A DNA stretch of 20,000 bases from an uncultured virus (IMG/VR IMGVR_UViG_3300005469_000597) (taxonomy: Duplodnaviria > Heunggongvirae > Uroviricota > Caudoviricetes), in the IMG/VR virus record IMGVR_UViG_3300005469_000597, one strand, 5' to 3'. Below the pieces are notes generated by a model. It did no database searches, had not been told where the DNA came from, and worked only from the letters and a program-made list of their open reading frames with translations. Every line of letters begins with the position of its first letter. Position 1 is the first letter of the stretch. The position numbers and the translations under genes were made by a program. This document shows, piece after piece, positions 16,698-20,000 of the stretch.

Positions 16698-16820
16698 ATG
16701 AAGCCGAAATAACCCGTCCGGCCATCGGGATTGATTGATTGACGCTGTAAACCCTCACGGGCGTTTTCAAAGGCATCACTATGTGGTTAATAACAGCGAC
16801 CCTCTCGGGCTAATATATCG

Positions 16821-17075
16821 TTATCTTTTTTTCTTTCTAGTATTCCGACAATGCCTCAAAACCTGGGCGGCGTTACAGAACCATTTACCGTTCTGCGCCT
16901 CGGTCGGCTTTGTTGCCTCTATCTTTCCGGCGGCGATAAGGTCTGTGAGCTTCTTTTCGCCTCCGACAATGTGCATGGCGTCCTTCTTGCCAAATGTAAA
17001 GTCAGACATTATTGTGAGTATATTCTCCAATAAAATAGCCGAGGGATCTACGGCATTGATTTGACCTCTTCCCAT
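16821..17075 (-). CDS. Small putative DNA-binding protein (excisionase/HTH-like); start could be 17108
   Basis: F.K..A..IVGG...L..LI..GKI.A.K.....NGKW.CNAA.VL pattern and basic tail. Confidence 0.6.
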   Translation of the reverse strand: MGRGQINAVDPSAILLENILTIMSDFTFGKKDAMHIVGGEKKLTDLIAAGKIEATKPTEAQNGKWFCNAAQVLRHCRNTRKKKR

Positions 17076-17080
17076 AGGCT

Positions 17081-17305
17081 CTACTTTACTCTTGCGACAT
17101 AGACGCATTTATCTTCCATGTCGGTGCTTGTTATCCACTTTTTACCCATTTTCACACGCTCGTTAAGCATGGAGGCACTTGGCGTGTTCCGGACGGTATT
17201 CGGATTGTAGATGTCCATAGGAAATGCGATGGCTTCACCTACCTTCAAATTGCGGAACTCTTCCGCAACGCCTCCGCTGGCGATTCTTATTGTATTATTC
17301 TCCAT
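17081..17305 (-). CDS. Small putative winged-helix regulator (Cro-like role possible), 74 aa
   Basis: R.L.VGE.I.FP......VR.T.S.........K..T.......V.V.R pattern of small Bacteroidales phage early proteins. Confidence 0.65.
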   Translation of the reverse strand: MENNTIRIASGGVAEEFRNLKVGEAIAFPMDIYNPNTVRNTPSASMLNERVKMGKKWITSTDMEDKCVYVARVK

Positions 17306-17324
17306 ATTTGTTTTTGAGATTAAT

Positions 17325-17400
17325 TGGGAACGGTAGTCGGCTTTGCTCCGACGACCTTCAGGAGTGTTCCTGACGCTCTACTGACTGAGCTATACCGTTC
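17325..17400 (-). ncRNA. tRNA-like element 3: His-type acceptor (G-1:C73, CCA) with 6-nt anticodon loop and variant T-loop
   Basis: G AACGGTA TA GCTC AGTCAGTA GAGC G TCAGG AACACT CCTGA AGGTC GTCGG AGCAAAG CCGAC TACCGTT C CCA; all four stems are perfect Watson-Crick. Confidence 0.82.
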
Positions 17401-17661
17401 TGATTTATATATGTGGAAACTCAGATGCTGTGAGTTCTTTGCATACTTGGTTATTACCGGTCCATTTGCCACGGGCGGACACGACTCAACCCGCCATCCG
17501 TCATTGTTCGGCATAAGCACGGATGGTTCTTTCTTACCGTAGCACCGACCCGCTTCAATGTGCCGTTCACCCTTGCGAGGCTATTGAGCTGCATCTTTAT
17601 CGGCTACTACTCATCGCTGACTCTCCGGCGGTCTCCCGTCCGGGCAGTATCAGCGGAATTT

Positions 17662-17680
17662 CCATTACGTCAAGGTACTC
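17662..17680 (-). promoter_or_regulatory. boxA-like antitermination element
   Basis: Minus strand GAGTACCTTGACGTAATGG resembles the Bacteroidetes rrn boxA (GTTCTTTGACATATTG) and directly follows a tRNA-like element, as in rrn spacers. Confidence 0.4.
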
Positions 17681-17688
17681 TTCTTTGG

Positions 17689-17769
17689 TGGTGGGAGCGG
17701 CAGGACTCGAACCTGCAACCACTCGCTTAGTCTGCGAGCCTCTATCCAATTGAGATTATCTACACTCCC
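17689..17769 (-). ncRNA. tRNA-like element 4: Arg-like body, D-arm insertion, non-canonical anticodon loop AGACTAA, CCA(CCA) end
   Basis: GGGAGTG TA GATAATCTC AATTGGATA GAG G CTCGC AGACTAA GCGAG TGGTT GCAGG TTCGAGT CCTGC CGCTCCC A CCA CCA. Confidence 0.8.
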
Positions 17770-17833
17770 GATTGCAACCCCTTTCGGGGCCGGGGCTCTC
17801 TTGCCCCTCGGCATTGCTCACTCTTGAGCGCCG

Positions 17834-17854
17834 TTATTGGTTAGTTTGACTTGG
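17834..17854 (-). repeat. Variant of the leader motif (AAGTCAAACTAACCAATAA) preceding the ncRNA region
   Basis: Matches the AAGTCAAAC-CAATAA motif with a 4-nt insertion. Confidence 0.65.
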
Positions 17855-17860
17855 CGGAGG

Positions 17861-18337
17861 TTAATCTTCGGGGAAGATTGAGTTTACCAGCACTGCAATT
17901 GCCTTGACTTGGCTCTTGACTCTGTCAGCACCCTGCTTGGTCTCGTAGTACCACTTCTGGTACATGTCGCGGTTCTCTTTGGCTGAGTCGCGCTGTTTGG
18001 TGATGTCTTCGAGGACGCTCTTGTGAGTCTCGGCCATTGCTCGCTTCTCTTCCATCATCCGGTAGATGATTTTGCGGAGGGTGTCGGCATCGGTGGTCTC
18101 ACTGTCGATTACGTCGCGGAGGTTGTCATCATCAACCTCTATCGGATTGATGTGGAAGTCGAGGCCGTTGTCGTCGATGAACTCGCCGATCTCCTTAGCA
18201 GCGTTCTCGGAAACTACGATGGTGAGGAGTCCGGGGTGGAGGGTTACGGTTGCCGGGATGGTGGAGGCGTAGGCGGCGAGGCTGTTGTAAGAAGCCTCGT
18301 TGTGGGCCTTGTACTGATAGGAGGTTGTTAATTCCAT
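17861..18337 (-). CDS. Hypothetical early protein with C-terminal coiled coil (158 aa)
   Basis: Co-oriented ORF preceded by the conserved leader motif. Confidence 0.8.
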   Translation of the reverse strand: MELTTSYQYKAHNEASYNSLAAYASTIPATVTLHPGLLTIVVSENAAKEIGEFIDDNGLDFHINPIEVDDDNLRDVIDSETTDADTLRKIIYRMMEEKRAMAETHKSVLEDITKQRDSAKENRDMYQKWYYETKQGADRVKSQVKAIAVLVNSIFPED

Positions 18338-18345
18338 GTTGATTT

Positions 18346-18364
18346 GGTTTTATTGGTTTGACTT
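18346..18364 (-). repeat. Conserved leader motif AAGTCAAACCAATAAAACC (before the 158-aa gene)
   Basis: 19-bp identity with the copies at 7.9 and 15.4 kb. Confidence 0.85.
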
Positions 18365-18371
18365 GGGAGGG

Positions 18372-18737
18372 TTATTTGAAAAAGCGCTCTACATATCCGC
18401 CGAGGATGACGGCTACTGTTGCTTGACCGAGAGATATGTCACTGTGGTCATCAAGTGCGCCTTTGGTATGCTGCTGGTAGTGGTGGAAGCGGATGCACTG
18501 TTCAAGCCGTTTGAGGCTCTGATAGTCCTTATCCTTTACAGTGTCCTTGATGTGTCTGAGATAGGCGGCAACAAATGAGTTGGCACTGAACTGGAGATTG
18601 GCTTCCTTATACTCCACGTCAGAGGGTTTCATCTTTTCGAGGACGTGCATAGCGTTGTCGGCCACCTTTTCTCGTTCTGCGATGTCCTGACTGATAGCGT
18701 CGAGGATTGCATTAATTTTTTCTACATGAGTTTCCAT
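18372..18737 (-). CDS. Hypothetical alpha-helical early protein (121 aa)
   Basis: Co-oriented ORF with AT-rich leader. Confidence 0.78.
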   Translation of the reverse strand: METHVEKINAILDAISQDIAEREKVADNAMHVLEKMKPSDVEYKEANLQFSANSFVAAYLRHIKDTVKDKDYQSLKRLEQCIRFHHYQQHTKGALDDHSDISLGQATVAVILGGYVERFFK

Positions 18738-18752
18738 ATATGTTGAATTTGA

Positions 18753-19025
18753 TTAGTCCGAGATTTCGTCAAGGGTCTCAGTGGTGACGTACCACTTGTA
18801 GCGGCACTCTACAAGTTGCTTATCCGAGAGAGAGCAACAATGCTTTGCGGCATAGAAGTAGAGAGCTTGGATAGGTATTCCGTTTGCGTCCCTAATGAAG
18901 CCAAAGGAGCGGTCGCGCTTCTTAAAGCCGAGTTTCTTAATCTCACTCCACGGTGCCAGGAGAGCAAGACAACAGCCACCCCAAATGGGAGCGCTGATTT
19001 CTTTTCCGTTGATTTTCGCTGTCAT
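18753..19025 (-). CDS. Hypothetical protein, first gene of the lytic early operon (90 aa)
   Basis: First ORF downstream of the leftward consensus promoter. Confidence 0.72.
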   Translation of the reverse strand: MTAKINGKEISAPIWGGCCLALLAPWSEIKKLGFKKRDRSFGFIRDANGIPIQALYFYAAKHCCSLSDKQLVECRYKWYVTTETLDEISD

Positions 19026-19075
19026 AGCTTGTCGTTTTATTTCGTTTTAGTCGCTGTTATCTCAATCAAAATCGT

Positions 19076-19083
19076 TACCTTTG
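19076..19083 (+). promoter_or_regulatory. -7 box (TACCTTTG) of the rightward, repressor-maintenance promoter
   Basis: Matches Bacteroidetes TAnnTTTG; no clear -33 TTTG; faces the leftward promoter. Confidence 0.55.
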
Positions 19084-19105
19084 CGGTATTGATTGATTGA
19101 TACTG

Positions 19106-19137
19106 CAAAGGTAATCGCATTTACGTTAATAGCCAAA
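19106..19137 (-). promoter_or_regulatory. Leftward lytic early promoter
   Basis: Exact Bacteroidetes sigma-A consensus TTTG-N20-TACCTTTG. Confidence 0.8.
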
Positions 19138-19188
19138 CGTAAATACGTTTATTTTTGTGGATTTAACGATTATTAACGTATATACGTT
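19114..19188. promoter_or_regulatory. Three 14-bp palindromic operators
   Basis: ATCGCATTTACGTT (19114-19127), AACGTAAATACGTT (19136-19149), AACGTATATACGTT (19175-19188). Confidence 0.72.
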
Positions 19189-19194
19189 CACGGC

Positions 19195-19554
19195 ATGACT
19201 ACACTAAATTCAAAAATTAGAGATATAATCTCGACATATAAATTGTCTGACAGGCAATTTGCTATCAAAATAGGCGTCACCCAGTCGGTAATTGGTTCAA
19301 TGTTCCAAAAGGGAACTGAGCCATCTTCCAAGGTGATTCGTAATACCCTGATAGCGTTTCCCGAAATCTCAGCCGACTGGTTCCTTAGAGATTCGGGGGA
19401 AATGTTTATCTCGCAAAACAAAGAATTGGAGCGTATCAATAAACTCGTCGACACCATTGCTACACTCCAAGATACAATCAATGCCAAGAACGAATCAATC
19501 GCTACGCTCACCGAGCGTATCAAACAACTTGAATCTCAACTCACAACGAAATAA
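19195..19554 (+). CDS. CI-like XRE HTH repressor with C-terminal coiled coil (no S24 peptidase domain)
   Basis: LS.RQFA.KIGV.QS.I......G.EPS...I......FPEISA.W.L...GEM HTH; heptad-rich tail; divergent from the lytic operon. Confidence 0.85.
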   Translation: MTTLNSKIRDIISTYKLSDRQFAIKIGVTQSVIGSMFQKGTEPSSKVIRNTLIAFPEISADWFLRDSGEMFISQNKELERINKLVDTIATLQDTINAKNESIATLTERIKQLESQLTTK

Positions 19555-19556
19555 AT

Positions 19557-20000
19557 ATGAATAAGTTAACAAAACTCTTGGTACTATTCACGGTGCTTAT
19601 CTTCTCGGCGTGTTCTTCTGATGATGAACCAGAACCTGAATACACTGGACCGTGGGAGGTTGTTTACGATGAACAGTATATAGGTTGGCACACAAAAGAC
19701 CCAAACTTTAAGAACTGGTTCCTTAAACACTTACAAGATTTTGAAGATGCAGAGTTTAAGGACGCTTCGGGTTCATCTGGTGTCACCTATACAAAGGATA
19801 ATGGCGACTGGATAGAATGGCAAGACTATTCTAAATGGTATTCCGGCCGAATTATTTGGGCAGAAAAGGTTCAGTATGCCTCGGAAAACGAAATTAAGGC
19901 CAAAGTAAATGAATTTGAGTCGTTCTCTTCGTACAAATCGGAGATCGATCATCAAGTTGGAGATGATTTCCGGGCTCATTACAGAAGATTAGGTCAGTAA
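19557..20000 (+). CDS. Surface lipoprotein co-transcribed with the repressor (possible superinfection exclusion or lysogenic conversion)
   Basis: Signal peptide II MNKLTKLLVLFTVLIFSA-C followed by acidic SSDDEPEPE, resembling the Bacteroidetes lipoprotein export signal. Confidence 0.8.
   Translation: MNKLTKLLVLFTVLIFSACSSDDEPEPEYTGPWEVVYDEQYIGWHTKDPNFKNWFLKHLQDFEDAEFKDASGSSGVTYTKDNGDWIEWQDYSKWYSGRIIWAEKVQYASENEIKAKVNEFESFSSYKSEIDHQVGDDFRAHYRRLGQ

Larger units (their letters stand above)
1..20000. mobile_element. Temperate phage/prophage of a Bacteroidales host: immunity, early, recombination, replication and DNA-modification region (no structural genes, integrase or att site in window)
   Basis: Lambdoid-like gene order: repressor divergent from a long co-oriented run of ERF, exonuclease, SSB, NinB, helicase, VRR-NUC, initiator, DnaC-like loader, ParB and methylase genes; many ATGA overlaps; Bacteroidetes-type promoters. 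Confidence 0.93.

Noticed and set aside
17320..17753. Short ORFs (66-76 aa) across the structured region
   Set aside because: They overlap tRNA-like cloverleafs and hairpins and lack plausible translation signals or protein-like composition.
16427..17769. Calling the elements functional decoding tRNAs or att-site remnants
   Set aside because: None has a canonical 7-nt U33 anticodon loop; they are full-length, internal to the early operon, and no integrase is nearby.
1..20000. Stop-codon reassignment, DGR or retron-type elements
   Set aside because: Genes are intact and densely packed under the standard code; no suppressor tRNA, reverse transcriptase or template/variable repeat pair seen.

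Overview
This window is the immunity, early, recombination/replication and DNA-modification part of a temperate phage or prophage of a Bacteroidales host. The host is inferred from TTTG-N20-TAnnTTTG promoters, a DUF3127-type SSB and a lipoprotein with an acidic export signal. One long leftward (minus-strand) lytic region starts at a genetic switch at ~19.1 kb. It runs through small early genes, a ~1.4-kb mostly non-coding stretch with four tRNA-like RNAs, an ERF/exonuclease/SSB/NinB/SNF2/VRR-NUC recombination block, an initiator gene with an internal iteron origin, and a DnaC-like loader. It continues with a ParB-MutS_I fusion, a SNF2-DNA methylase fusion, a ParB-N + TAGT/GREB1-like glycosyltransferase pair, a stand-alone MgsA/RarA C-terminal-like protein and a Tad2 (DUF2829) anti-defence protein. 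A CI-like repressor and a surface lipoprotein are transcribed rightward. The most striking signal is the tRNA-mimic set: three cloverleafs keep acceptor stems, elbows, encoded CCA ends and aminoacylation identity elements (Ala, His, Arg-like), yet each has a broken anticodon loop; the fourth is more degenerate. Also notable are a three-copy activator-type promoter, a repeated 5'-UTR motif and an orphan DNA-glycosylation module. All family calls are by motif recognition, not database search.
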